This document shows, in pieces, positions 36,525-50,510 of a DNA stretch of 64,000 nucleotides. The position numbers and the translations under genes are program-made. Below the pieces are notes generated by a model, which ran no database searches, had not been told where the DNA came from, and worked only from the letters and a program-made list of their open reading frames with translations. Each line of letters starts with the position of its first letter. Position 1 is the first letter of the stretch. This DNA is from Octopus vulgaris (Eukaryota), in NCBI GenBank assembly GCA_951406725.2, contig OX597818.1:98332001-98396000 (forward strand). The letters run 5' to 3'.

Positions 36525-37215
36525 TTACTCACAAAATTCGTTATGACTTGCAGGATAGCTCCTGAATCCTCAAAACTTCCCGTTCCAAGGTACCAGATGT
36601 CATAATTCTCCTTTTCTCCTTTTCTCCTCCATTGTACGACTACATCTAGAATATTACTGCCGCCTGTAGTTTCCTCATACCAAGCAAAGCATTACAAGAA
36701 TTGAGTCACCTCACAGAGCAATCTCGGAAAAAAAAAGGTAAGATTGATCTGGTTATTGAGACTGCCTTAAAACATTGAAAATGTATACTCTCAAACACCG
36801 CCATGAGTGTATAATTTGCATAATTTGCACAATATGGAGAATATACCACCAATATTGCCGAAACGACCGTCACATTAAATTCGGAATTCATCCAATGACG
36901 GGGTCATGTACCGTACGTCCAGTATACAATTCAGGCTCTCGAAGCATAAATATACTGCAACGCTATTCCAGTTCTTCAGCAGGCTCTGCTTTGTTTAACA
37001 TTATCACAAAACATATCAAAAAAGAAGAACCCGTGACCTTCAAACGATATCTGAATGGATTTCTTCACGACATATCAGATAAGTCAGCAACAACTTCCTA
37101 CAAAAATGGGCCATGATACCGCAAAACCTGACTTAAAATTGATTTGGCAGATTCTATCAGGTGGTGCTTTTTAAGTTAGGCATGGTCTGGGCCAATGTCT
37201 TGCCGAAACATATCT
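36525..37215 (+). mobile_element. Diverged 3' fragment of the same CR1/L2-group LINE as 28765-29580
   Basis: IICTIWRIYHQYC.ND..I.F.IHP; shared 3' end ggtggtgct..aagttaggcatgg.ctgg.ccaat. Confidence 0.75.
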
Positions 37216-37531
37216 AAGTTTATATCTTAGAATTTATAAGCCCGGTTACACACTTTCCAACATCACACCATTCCCCTTCAACGTGACGCCAGTCCATTGC
37301 AGAGTTTCAGAAAATGAATTTATAGAGGAGGGTACATGTCATTTCCATCGACCCCTGTACTTGATTGGTACTTTATTTTATCGTCTCCGAATGGAGGAAA
37401 GGCAAAATTTCACTTCGGAAGGACTTGAACTCAGAACGTAAAGAGCCGGAAGAAATGGTGCTAAGCATTTTGTCCATCGTATGTATGTATGTATGTATGT
37501 ATGTATGTATGTATGTATGTATGTATGTATG

Positions 37532-37565
<34 letters not shown>

Positions 37566-38422
37566 TGTATGTATGTATGTATGTATGTATGTGTGTGTGT
37601 GTGTTTGCATGCGTGCATGTGTGTGTGTATGCGTGTGCATATATAATATACATAAATTCATACACATAAAGAGACGTTACAATATATACCCACATATTGA
37701 AATATGAACACATTGTTTTCACAACACTATTTCATTTCAAAGGAGAAATTTGATAAAGTTAATCTAACAGTTTTTTTTCTTCTGTATTATTTCACAATAG
37801 GATTGGGTGCGTTTCAAGTTCCAGCTTAAAACGTATTTCAACTTTTTACCCTCAACTTCGCTTATCTTCTTGGTTTTGTGTCAGTTTAATAACAAGTTTT
37901 GGGAGCATAATTGACGACGAAACGTCTGGAATTTCGATTCCAGGGGAGTTTTTATATCCCAGCTCAGTGCCGTCTTAAGGCTTGGGTACACTGGAAAATT
38001 TACCCAGAGGGACTCTTGAGCCTTAGTGGACCAATTTTGATTTACATATACTTTGGCCTGCTGTCAATAAATCAAATATACAAATATAATAGTGCACGTG
38101 TGTTTCTAAATAGTCACATGACTTCCGCCGCGTTATTGTTTCCGGATCAGCACACGATCTCTAATCAAATTACCTGTCAAACAAATGCAAGCTCGATCAT
38201 ACATGGATACATACAGACACATCTATACATTGGTCTGCTGTCAATAAATAAATGCTACAGAGCCAGTGAATTGATTTATCCGGGCCCTTATCATGTTTCT
38301 AAGACGGTCCTGGTTCTGCTCAATAGTCGCATCTCCTTTCTCTTAAGTCTATACGCATTAAAAGATCCTACTTTGTTTTTATAGAAAATAGGTATTTTTT
38401 AACAAAAATCTATCTCTATCTA

Positions 38423-38680
38423 TCAGCTCAGTCGAAGTCGACTCTCGGTTACTTGATGGATCAATGTCCTCGAACCAGTTTTATCCTGGGTCGCTTCTTT
38501 CAGATTGGCTATGTCCATTCCCGTATCACTCTTGATGGTGTCAAGCCAGTGGGTTCTTGGTCGGCCTCTTCCTCTCTTGCCACTGACCATTCCGAGCATG
38601 ATGTCCTTCTCCAGGGATTTTCTCCGCATAATATGACCAAAATATATCAATCCATGCTTGGTGATCATAGATTGATATAT
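38423..38680 (-). mobile_element. RTE-clade (BovB-like) LINE 3' end
   Basis: YFGHIMRRKSLEKDIMLGMVSGKRGRGRPRTHWLDTIKSDTGM...HQVTESRLRLS*; an upstream part of the same type at 42670-42860 (+) (FELWC.RRLLQIPWTARLTNGEVL...RLAYCGHI). Confidence 0.85.
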
Positions 38681-39514
38681 TTTAGACAGGGTTAATATAG
38701 ACAGGGTTAATTCAACATTAAACTCTGCATCGTATGAAATAAAATTATATTCATAATTTTTAACTACATTGGTCATTTTTTTTTGTATTCTAAGTCGGTA
38801 AATATTTAGGAAGTGTTAAAAGAATATTGCCTTAGCGATTTTATTCTTTAATATTATTATATTTTTTAAGCTGAATTATGAAAAAATGAAAGGCAAAGTT
38901 GACCTCGGCAGGATTTGAACCTAGAATATAAAGGGCTATGAATAATTACTACAAGCGTAATGTCCGACCTAACTGTGGTCCCGATGCGGTTGAGATCGTC
39001 TTCTTTCTAATCAATGCTACTCGTTTTCTTACATTTATCACTACACCATCGACATTTTTCACAAATACAAGAAAGGAGATAGTATTTTTTAAGAATATTA
39101 AGTACCAGTTGCGTACTGGAGTCGATCTAATCGACTGACCCCCTCCTCTCAAATTTCAAGCCATGTGCCTATAGTAGAAAAGAGTATTTTTTACGAATAT
39201 GTATGGTTCAGTGGTTAGAGCGTCGGGCTTACAATCATGAGATAGTGAGGTCGATTCCCGGACCAGGCTATGTGTTGTGTTCTTGAGCAAGACATTTTAT
39301 TTCAAGCTGCTCCAGTTCACCCAGTTGTAGAAATGTGTTGCAACATCACTGGTCCGATGATGCCTTGGATAACATCGGTGACATGGAGAGGGGAGGCTGG
39401 TATGCATGGGTAAATGCTGGTCTTCCATGAACAACCTTACTCGGATTGTGCCTCGGAGAGTAACTTTCTTGGTACAGTTCCATGGTCATTCATGACCGAA
39501 ACGAGGTGGGAATT

Positions 39515-40095
39515 CTTCATCCGGTCGGGTAACTTGCCCGAATCAATGCAACTTCTCCACGCCAGATATCCCGATCTTCCATTGCAGTCTTCATATCTTC
39601 AACCTGATATTTTGTGTCTTTCACAAAGCTGATCGAATTATGCTCTCTTTGTTTCCCAAAACCTGAATGTCCATGTATGGGTTTCCTCCGAAGGAGAACC
39701 CTTCTCCAGAAGTGTCCAGCAGAACGTGTTTTTCTTTCTATGAATACCTATTTCTTTACTACCCACAAGGGGCTAAACACAGAGAGGACAAACAAGGACA
39801 GACAAACTGATTAAGTCGATTATATCGACCCTAGTGCGTAACTGGTACTTATTTAATCGACCCCGAAATGATGAAAGGCAAAGTCGGCCTCGGCGGAATT
39901 TGAACTCAGAACGTAGCGGCAGACGAAATACCGCTAAGCATTTGGCTCGGCGTGCTAACGATTCTGCCAGCTAGCCGCCTTATCTTTCTATGAATTTCGC
40001 CGTGATGGTAAAAGGATTGAGAACTGCAAGAAGCATTCTCGTGTATATGCTGCCACGCTTCATTTCAAGTCTGTTGTTCAGTATCCATGTTACTG
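39515..40095 (-). mobile_element. RTE-type LINE 3' remnant interrupted by SINE A (39748-39980) with 13-bp TSD tctttctatgaat
   Basis: Minus translation AGHFWR...PIHG...DTKYQVEDMKTAMEDRDIWR; TSD at 39733-39745 and 39983-39995. Confidence 0.65.
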
Positions 40096-40552
40096 AGTCA
40101 TAGAAAAAAACAATTGATTCATTTTTACAAATACAGAACCCATAATTTCAAACGATATAAAATGTACAATGTAATTCTTTTAGATTGTTTTTGCTAAAGA
40201 GATAATATATCAAAATATATGTATTGTTAGTAAGAGAAGACATATATCCGTTATAATGGGTCTAACGATGCTTTATTCCATTCGATACTGCCATGGTTGA
40301 GTTTCTGATAACATGTTTCGTGTAGCTTAGTGATTAACTAAAATAATTTCCAAAGTAAAGGTAAATATGAGTTGTAGTGTACAGTGCAAACAATAAATAA
40401 AGCAAAAGAGAAGATAACTGCGCGAGTGTGTTTTACAATAGTCACATGATTCTTCTCCGATGTTATTGTTTCCGGATCAACACACGATCGCAAATCAAAT
40501 TACCTGTCAAACAAGCACAAGCTCAACCGTACATCCATACATGCATACATAC

Positions 40553-40589
<37 letters not shown>

Positions 40590-40602
<13 letters not shown>

Positions 40603-40905
40603 ATTCGCATTCACACGCAGTTGTATGTATAGATATATATAATAGTATGCATGTGTACATATACATACATACATATATATATATATATAGTGTGTGTGTG
40701 TGCGTGTGTGTGTACAAGCACACACACACACACAAGCACACAGGTATTCGCATTCATTCGCAGTTGTGTGTGTGTATATATATATATAATAGTATGCTTG
40801 TGTAGATATATATATATATACACACATATATATATAGTGTGTGTGTTCTTGTGTGTAGAAGCACACACACACACAAGCACACAGGTATTTGCATTCACTC
40901 GCAGT

Positions 40906-40974
<69 letters not shown>

Positions 40975-41060
40975 GTATGCTTGTGTGGATATATATACAC
41001 ACACATATATATAGTGTGTGTGTGTGTGCTAGTGTGTAGAAGCACACACACACGCACACA
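40590..41060. repeat. Composite minisatellite, about 3.5 units of ~125-140 nt with embedded microsatellites
   Basis: cacaggtattcgcattcaNNcgcagttgt...aatagtatgc...tagtgtgtgtg...aagcacacacac repeated. Confidence 0.8.
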
Positions 41061-41384
41061 AAAACACGCCATAGAAAAAAACATACACATACACGCAGAG
41101 GAAGTTAGTGGCGACATCATCTAATTCATGTTGGATGCCATTAAACAGAACTAGAAACTTGCTGAACTATTTTCATTCATATTTAATAGATATTTAAAAG
41201 CCAAATTAAAAAATATTTCGAACAGAGAAATATTCGTAAAATATTCATTACTTAGAATGAAACAGTTTCCTATACTTGATCTCATCATAGTCAATCTGCC
41301 ATCGGAATTATATTCGTCTACCGAGACTAGTCAAAGGTGTGAACGACGGCCAACAATGTCTAAAAGGATATGAACGTTCATATG

Positions 41385-41449
<65 letters not shown>

Positions 41450-42402
41450 TTGCTATTATACAAAAGTGTTGTAAGTCCGAAACGTAGCTTTTTCAGAAAA
41501 CGGAAAAATAGTTTCGCCATTTCATACCAAAACCGTTGTACTACACTTTAACAATTTTTGATATCTTAGGATCTGAAGCCGCTGGAGATACGATAATTTG
41601 ACAAAAAGAACCGGCTATTACAAGTAAAAATAAATATTGCGTATGTATGTATGTATGTATGTATGTATGTATATATGTATGTGTGTATGTATGTATGTGT
41701 GTGTGTGTGTATGCATACACATACATACATACATACATACATACATACATACATACATACATACATACATACTCTTTTACTCTCTTTTTACTCTTTTACT
41801 TGTTTCAGTCATTTGACTGCGGCCAAGCTGGAGCACCGCCTTTAGTCGATCAAATCGACCCCGGAACTTATTCTTTGTAAGCCCAGTACTTATTCTATCG
41901 GTCTCTTTTGCCGAACCACTAAGTGGCGGGGACGTAGACACACCAGCATCGGTTGTCAAGCAATGCTAGGGGGACAAACACAGACACACAAACACACACA
42001 CACACATACATATATATATATACATATATACGACAGGCTTCTTTCAGTTTCCGTCTACCAAATCCACTCACAAGGCATTGGTCGGCCCGGGGCTATAGCA
42101 GAAGACACTTGCCCAAGATGCCACATATATATATGTAGAATAAAAAGTTTTGAATGGTACAACAATGCACTATAATACAAACAATGGGCTATATACCTGT
42201 TATAATTTAGTCATCCATAGTCTGATATGATATTTTGGAATAAAATTCCTTCTCCAGATATTCTTAGATGGAGTCGCTGCTATAATCGGTTTTCCAACGG
42301 GTTTTCTTTTTATTTTTTGTATTATAGTGCATTGTTGTACCATTCAAAACTTTTTATTCTTTACAAAGAATAAACAATACTTCAAGCGAACTACAATAGT
42401 CT

Positions 42403-42457
<55 letters not shown>

Positions 42458-43106
42458 GACGCCATGATAGATCGTTAGCCACTACACACATTTTTTTCTC
42501 TCCTTGTTTTTTTCTGTGTACTTTTCTGTAGAAGGACGTAGGCTCGAAACGTAAAAGAATTTTTCTATTCCTGAGTGCTATACTAATACATTTGTTTGTT
42601 TTGTACACCATCTGTCTTCGTCTTTTGTTTTTTTTTCGTAAACTTTCCCTATATGTATATATGTATGTATATAAGAAAGCTGACCAGAGCTGAAGAGAAT
42701 TAATGTATTCGAGCTTTGGTGTTAGAGAAGACTTTTACAGATTCCATGGACAGCGAGGCTCACCAATGGAGAAGTTCTTAACCAGATTAAGCCGAAACTG
42801 TCGCTAGAAGCTAGGATCACCAAGCATAGATTGGCATATTGTGGTCATATTGTACACAATGCTTTACTAAAACCTTTATATTTCAGGCGCAAAGGCTTAA
42901 CCTTAGAAAGAAGCTGTCCAAGAAATGTCTAGTGACATCGATTTCGTTATTTTATCTAAACTGCTCTGCGTTTGGGTAAGCGTCAGTAACAGCAGCTTTC
43001 CATCTACTGGTGCAAGCAACTCTCCAACTCTTGGTTGTTGTGAAGTATTTTCACGTGCTGGTGGTGTTGGAAAACGGTTTTGGTAGCATATCTTATGTTA
43101 TGTTGT

Positions 43107-43172
<66 letters not shown>

Positions 43173-43244
43173 TAAGAGGATAAAAAGACAAACAATTGTA
43201 GGTGCAAAAATGAGGCGTTTATACACTACTATATATATTTATAT

Positions 43245-43558
43245 GGAGGCGCAATGGCCCAATGATTAGGGCAGCGGACTCACGGTCGGAGGATCGCGGT
43301 TTCGATTCTCAGACCGGGCGTTGTGTGTGTTTATTGAGCGAAAACACCTAAAGATCCACGAGGCTCCGGCAGGGGTGTGGGGTGGCGATACCTGTTGTAC
43401 TCTTTCGCCCCAACTTTCTCTCACTCTCTCTTCCTGTTTCTTGAGTAATGCTGCGATGGACTGGCGTCCCGTCCAGCTGGGGGGAACACATACGCTATAG
43501 AAACCGGGAAACCGGGCCCATGAGCCTGGCTAGGCTTAAAAAGCGCACATAAATAAAT
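43245..43558 (+). mobile_element. SINE C variant with a different 3' half and ~14-bp TSD
   Basis: Family C head; tail gctgcgatggactggcgtcccgtccag...aaataaata; flanks atatatatttatat / atatgtatttatat. Confidence 0.8.
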
Positions 43559-43843
43559 ATGTATTTATATGGTGTAAATAAACCTTTACAGCTGTTTCAA
43601 ATATTCAGTGAATGCATATCATGCAAATGGATGCACATTATTAGGAACAAATCTTAAGCAGCCTGACATATTTACTTTGATGTCGCTTTCAGTTTTGATT
43701 AGTATGTAAGAGATAACGTATGTGTATGTTATATTTCTGCTTGTGCGTGTGTCTATATTTGTGTGTATGCGTGTGCGTCATATACATAGAGAGTGAGAGA
43801 GAGAGAAAGAGAGAAAGAGAGGAAGAGAGAAATGAGAAAGAAG

Positions 43844-44257
43844 TGAGCTGGCAGAAACGTTAGCACGACGGGCGAAATACTTAGCGGTATTTCATCTGCC
43901 GCTACGTTCTGAGTTCAAATTCTGCCGAGGTCGACTTTGCTTTCATCCTTTCGAGGTCGATTAAATAAGTACCAGTTACGTACTGGGGTCGATATAATCG
44001 ACTTAATCCGTTTGTCTGTCCTTGTTTGTCCCTCCTGTGTTTAGCTCCCTGTAGGTAGTAAAGAAATAGAAATAGGTATTTTTCTGCCGCTACGTTCTGA
44101 GTTCAAATTCCGCCGAGGTCGATTTTGCCTGTCATCCTTTCGGGGTCGATAAATTAAGTACCAGTTACGCACTGGGGTCGATGTAATCGACTTAATCCTT
44201 TTTACTCTCCTTGTTTGTCCCCTCCATGTTTAGCCCCTTGTGAGCAATAAAGAAATA
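43844..44257 (+). mobile_element. SINE A dimer
   Basis: Two family A units joined at gaaataggtattt. Confidence 0.85.
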
Positions 44258-44367
44258 TGAAAGAGAGAGAGATTTCAAAAAGTTACAGAAAGAAAGAAAG
44301 AAAGAAAGAGAAAAAGAAAGAAAGAAAGAAAGAAGGAAAGAAAAAAAGAAAGAATGAATGAAAGAAA

Positions 44368-44430
<63 letters not shown>

Positions 44431-44919
44431 TCAACGAATAATTCTCATACCTGCAGTTTTCGACGTAAATAGAAACAAACAATAACGAGGCGTATTCGCT
44501 TTGAAAGGAAGTAAATAGTTCTATCATATATTGGCTGTTGATTGAATAATCGTGGCGTGGGTGTTGAAGACGAACTTGAAGTCCGGTAGGACATTAACCA
44601 ACGTTGTTTCGCTAGTTTTGCAGATCTCATATCGAGTCATTAAGGACATTTATAGATGATGAAAACCTAGCTAGGTAAACAACTTTTCATTTTGTCTTAT
44701 TTTATTTTACTTTATTTTATTTCGTTTTATTTTATTTTATTTTATTTAAGTACTAATGTACTAATAAAATTAGAACAATTCAGTTTTAAATAAATATTTG
44801 AAAATTATTTCCTACAAATGCCGGTTTTAGAGGAAGGGAGATTAATAAAATATTAATTCAGTCAAAATGAAATAGAATGCGTTAATATTCGAACTGCGGT
44901 ACACCTTTCAAAATTTACG

Positions 44920-45160
<241 letters not shown>

Positions 45161-45440
45161 GAACATCAACATTACCCTCATCGTCGGTTTCGTTGTTGCT
45201 ATGATTGGGCTCGAGGCCTCGTTCTACGACTGGGTCGAGACAAAAATATCATCCGGAAGTGGTTTAATCAAGGATGGCAGGGAAAAAGGGGAAAACAAAA
45301 ATGGAAATTTTTTTAAAAGAAATTACCGCCCCAATCTGAAAACCGGAATGTTTGGTGAATTAACTAAAATCCCTGAGGCAGCAAAGCACAGTTCCACACA
45401 ATAATCTACCCCCCACCACCACCACCACTACCACCACTAC

Positions 45441-45672
45441 CTATTTCTTTACTACCCACAAGGGGCTAAACACAAAGAGGACAAACAAGGACAGACAAAG
45501 GGATTAAGTCGATTACATCGACCCCAGTGCGTAACTGGTACTTATTTAATCGACCCCGAAAGGATGAAAGGCAAAGTCGACCTCGGCGGAATTTGAACTC
45601 AGAACGTAGCGGCAGACGAAATACTGCTAAGCATTTTGCCCGGCGTGCTAACGATTCTGCCAGCTTGCCGCC
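45441..45672 (-). mobile_element. SINE A, full length
   Basis: Complete family A match. Confidence 0.85.
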
Positions 45673-46139
45673 TTCTACCACCACTACCATTACCATCAGA
45701 ACATCAGCTAAAGCCGTAACTACACCAACAACAAAAAGATGCGCAAGAATGCAACCACGATAATAACAGTAAAACAAGAAGAAAACTTGCAGCTACATAT
45801 GCAAAGTCCCCTCAATCAGCCTCAGTGTTGTAAAGAGAAACAGCCATGAAGTACAGTGCAGAAGTAAAATAAAAAACAAAAAAAGTGGATGTTGGGGATA
45901 TTTTTGAAGATTTGCTCCCAATACACCAATAAGCAGAAATCTCTTGGAAACATCATCCGATTTGGACATGACGTTAAAAACAAAATTGTCGTATGACGTA
46001 AGAATGTTCCAGATTAGAGTAAACAAGAACATAATGGAGGAAACTTCCAAAGGGTCTCTCTCCATTGAACACACCGAATTCTTTGTTCTTCACCAAGAAC
46101 ATGAAAATGATTTCTTTCATTTATTTTCTGCAGTGAATA

Positions 46140-46258
46140 TGTCCACAGTCAAGTGGTCTGGTGTCAGTTTGGAAGTTAGACTACTTGATAGACGGTATCA
46201 TATCACTCAATATAGATGTTGTCGTCATCAACGAGACCTGGTTTTCTAGGATACACTC
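46140..46258 (+). pseudogene. Possible N-terminus of a LINE APE endonuclease
   Basis: KLDYLIDGIISLNIDVVVINETW resembles the conserved D-hydrophobic-ET-W motif; short and frameshifted. Confidence 0.45.
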
Positions 46259-46466
46259 ATTGGCGCACCCATTTTTGATAACTCTGTGCTTGCGCATTTT
46301 GGTTGCGCATTTCGTCCGTCTTCACATTCTGAGTTTAAATGTCACGGAGGTCGACTTTACCTTTCATCCTTTCGGTGTCGATAAATTAAGAAATCAAGTA
46401 CTGGGGCCAGTATGATCGATTATCCCTCTCCTCACCAATTTTAGCATTGTGCCTTTAGTGGAAAGG

Positions 46467-46519
<53 letters not shown>

Positions 46520-46521
<2 letters not shown>

Positions 46522-46914
46522 TATGTTTGACTTTTGCTTTATATTTGTACAAGTTGACTCCAAGTCTCACCCAGAGACCTCAAGAGACAACAGGTTGGAA
46601 GTTCGTGATGTTGTTATGCCTAGTGTGCCATATATTTGGTTTTGTATTTAGTGTTGTACTAGTGAATGTAAAAAAAAAACCCCGAAAATTGTTTGTTTTA
46701 AAACTTGAGATTACATAGAAAGTATTTTGCGTAGGATATGAGCAGTTCCCATGAGCACTATCATTTGAATTCCTGTCATTTTGGGGTTTCCTGGTATCTG
46801 AGTTAGGTAGCGATCAGCCCATTTTGCTATCATTCCCAGGGCACCTATGACAACAGGTATTGTTTTAGTCTTCAGGTTCCACATTTTGCTGATTTCTATT
46901 TCAGGATCTTTATA

Positions 46915-46918
<4 letters not shown>
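46520..46918 (-). mobile_element. R4/Dong-like non-LTR retrotransposon 3' end (restriction-like endonuclease C-terminus + 3' UTR) in (TAA)n
   Basis: KYKDPEIEISKMWNLKTKTIPVVIGALG...IQMIVLMGTAHILRKIL*; (ATT)n tracts at 46468-46519 and 46918-46975. Confidence 0.8.
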
Positions 46919-46968
<50 letters not shown>

Positions 46969-47240
46969 CATTATCATTGGGCGGGAGAGTAGTGCATACC
47001 ATCAAAGTGACACTGGGGTAAAATATACGAAACTCAGTATAACTACCATGACTACCTGTAAGATAAGGGTACACCAGATACACGCATCACAACCATATGA
47101 GCACAACATGGTGATCTCATATCAAGGTAAACAGCACATGACCTTGCAGGTGGGGCCCAGTTAGAATTTTCTTCAGATCGAGTTGCCCATCCTGCTCAAA
47201 AGGTCCTTGAATAAGGGTTGTTTAAGGATGTTGAACGTAA

Positions 47241-47289
<49 letters not shown>

Positions 47290-47452
47290 GTTGTTGTTGT
47301 TGCTGTTGTTGTTGTTGTTGTTGTTGTATTTCGCCCGTCGCTACAGTCTGGGTGCAAATTCCGTCGAAGTCGACTTTGCCTTTCATCCCTCTCGGGGTCG
47401 ATAAATTAAGTACCAGTGAAACTGGTGCCCTTTGTGTAAAAATTTGAAACCA

Positions 47453-47840
47453 TTCTTCTTCTTCTTCTTCTTCTTCTTCTTCTTCTCCGCCTCCTCCTCC
47501 TTCTTCTTCTTCTTCTTCTTCTTCTTCTTCTCCTCCTCCTTCTTCTTCTTCTTCTTCTTCTTCTTCTTCTTCTTCTCCTTCTCCTCCTCCTTCTCTTCCT
47601 TCTCCACCACCTCCTCTTCTCCTCCTCCTTCTTAATTTTCTTCTTCTTTTTCTTCTTCTTCTCCTTCTCCTTCTTCTTCTTCTTCTTATTCATCATCATC
47701 TTCTCCTTCTTCTTTTTCATCTTCATCTTCTTCTTCATCTTCTTCATCTTCTTTTTCTTCTTCATCATCATCTTCTTCTTCTCCTTCTTCTTCTTCTTCT
47801 TCTTCCCCCCCTCCTCCTCCTCCTCCTCCTCCTTCTTCTT
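47453..47840. repeat. (CTT/CCT)n polypyrimidine tract
   Basis: Direct inspection. Confidence 0.95.
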
Positions 47841-48559
47841 GATATTGAATCTCTCCAGTTATATTTTATAGCAAAAGTTCATAACCATATTTTATTTTGA
47901 TGCCGGTGTCTGTGATAATAATCATTTTGCTAATCCGACATTTTTTTTTTGGGGGGGGGGAAATCTACTAATAGTTCACAAATGGCCGATTATGTAAATA
48001 TTATCATTGTTCAACAACAACGACAACAATAATAACAACAGCAAACATTGCTAATTAGTGATTAAGCAAAGTCACGGGTTCTATTTTTGGAAATTTAATG
48101 AAGTTTTGAAAATAGGAGACGATAAACAAACTAGGGTTACCCATCCTGAATGCGAGTTAACTATTTATTACCGTCACTTCCTCTCCCTTCTTGTATTACA
48201 GCTAAGAACCACCACCACCACCACCACCGCTGCCGTCATCGTTTCCCGCTATCATTGCTGGCCTGAACATCGTAACAACCAATGACTTAAAACAACTGTC
48301 ATTGCAATAATTAGTACCACCATCTCCACCACCACCCCACAACCACCGCCGCCGTCGCCGCTGTCATTACCAGCACTATTTTTATTTACTAACACACTAT
48401 TGCCAACACTGTCACTACCACCATTTTTTTCAATATCATTCACGTAAGTTACGTAAATACTCTTCCCCACTTATGTAAACAATACGAAAATAGAACGCTA
48501 TTACCACCCCCAACTCTGCGAGATCTATAAATAATACTCGTTTCCGACTTCGCCCATTA

Positions 48560-48990
48560 TCGTCGCCACCACAAGTACCTCCACCACAACCACCACCACT
48601 ACCACCACCACCAACACTGTCGCCACTACCAGCACCAACACCAGAACAACCACTATCAACAGTGTCACCACCACTATTACCACCACTAACACTACCAACA
48701 CCGTCGCCACAACCAGCACCAACACCACCACCACCAACACCACCACTACCACCACCTCCACCACTACCACCACTACCACCACCACCAGCAACAACAACAA
48801 CAACAACAACCAGCACTACAACCATCACCAACACCAGAACAATCACCATCAACAGTATCACCCCCACCACCACCACCACTACAACCACTACCATCACCCA
48901 CCAGCAAAACCAATACCATCACCACCCACTAGCACCATGAGTACAAGCAAGAGCACCCCCATACCCCTATCACCACCACTACCACTACCA
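48560..48990. repeat. Degenerate (ACC/ACA)n trinucleotide array
   Basis: Direct inspection. Confidence 0.9.
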
Positions 48991-49136
48991 TAACCGACTA
49001 GTAAAGCTGACTGTTCACAGTGACGAAGAAGGAGCCTCTACGTGGTCGTTCGACCTGCTAGAAATAGCATCCACATTGCCCTAAAAATTACCCTCGAGCG
49101 ACTTAAAGAAAAAGATATGTTATGTTGTCTGGCGAT

Positions 49137-49528
49137 ACTCTTTTACTCTTTTACTTGTTTCAGTCATTTGACTGCGGCCATGCTGGAGCACCGCCTTTTA
49201 GTCGAGCAAATCGAGCCCAGGACTTATTCTTTGTAAGCCTATCGGTCTCTTTGGCTGAACCGCTAAGTGACGGGGACGTAAACACACCAGCATCAGTTGT
49301 CGAGCGATGTTGGAGGAAAAACACAGACACACAAACACACACACATACATATATAGATATACATATATACGACGGGCTTCTTTTAGTTTCCGTCTACCAA
49401 ATCCACTCACAAGGCTTTGGTCAGCCCGAGGCTATAGCAGAAGACACTTGCCCAAGGTGCCACGCAGTGGGATTGAACCCAGAACCATGTGGTTTGTAAG
49501 CAAGCTACTTACCACACAGCCACTCCTG
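49137..49528 (-). mobile_element. SINE B, full length
   Basis: Complete family B match. Confidence 0.85.
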
Positions 49529-50510
49529 TATAAAAGAAATACAGTGATGGTCATGATTGGAAAGGCCCTTGATCATATGTCTTTTCACCATCAATCACCA
49601 ACAACGATATTACAAATGCTATTATTATCATTAATCCAACTATTACTATCGTCAACCCCAGCAACAACGATAATAGTGGACCAACGAGAGAACTCCTACA
49701 TAATCGACTGATCTGTAAGAAATAGTAGTCACACATTCCTACAGTCTTAAAAAAAGGGATGGACAAGTACACAGCAACAATAACAGGATGACGACGATGA
49801 TGGCAGCAGCAGCAGCAGCAACAACAACAACAACAACAACAACAACGACAACGACAACGACAACGGCGGCGGTGATGATGACGCAAACTTATATGAACCA
49901 ATGAGAAAAACTATGGAGTCAACCGATTTGTGAGAAATAACAGACGCACATGCCACGAATCACATTTTACAGTCGTAAAAAAGGATGGACCCATTCTGAG
50001 AAAAGTATCATCATATGCACCGTAAACAGCAGGATTCAAAACGATGACTTCATATCTGTTCCTTAAACGCTACGGTAGATTCGAACGTAATTATGCTAAT
50101 CGCTATTGTGCTCGTTACTGGGGAACAACTTCACTTTTTCGTCGAAAAGAAAAACGTAGAAAGTCATCGCATACAACGGTCACCAGTAGCACTCAGAGAG
50201 CACAAGCCTCGCCAATGTTTCTTTATTTTGGCACTACGGCCACATCACAATGGGGACACTACAAAGACACCACAGTGGGGACAAAAAGCATAAAACGAAT
50301 GAAAATGAGACGTTATATAAAAATGAAAAATGAAATGGCTGCATGAGCCCCACTCCCATGCAGTACCATTTGAACGTTTATATAAACGATTTACAACTGT
50401 TCTATTATATTATTCCTTTTTCTTGTTTTTCCCTCTTTTTTTTTTAAATGAAACAATTTTACTTTTTTTCCTTCCTTCTTTAATAAAACAATTTTACTGT
50501 TTTTTACTTT

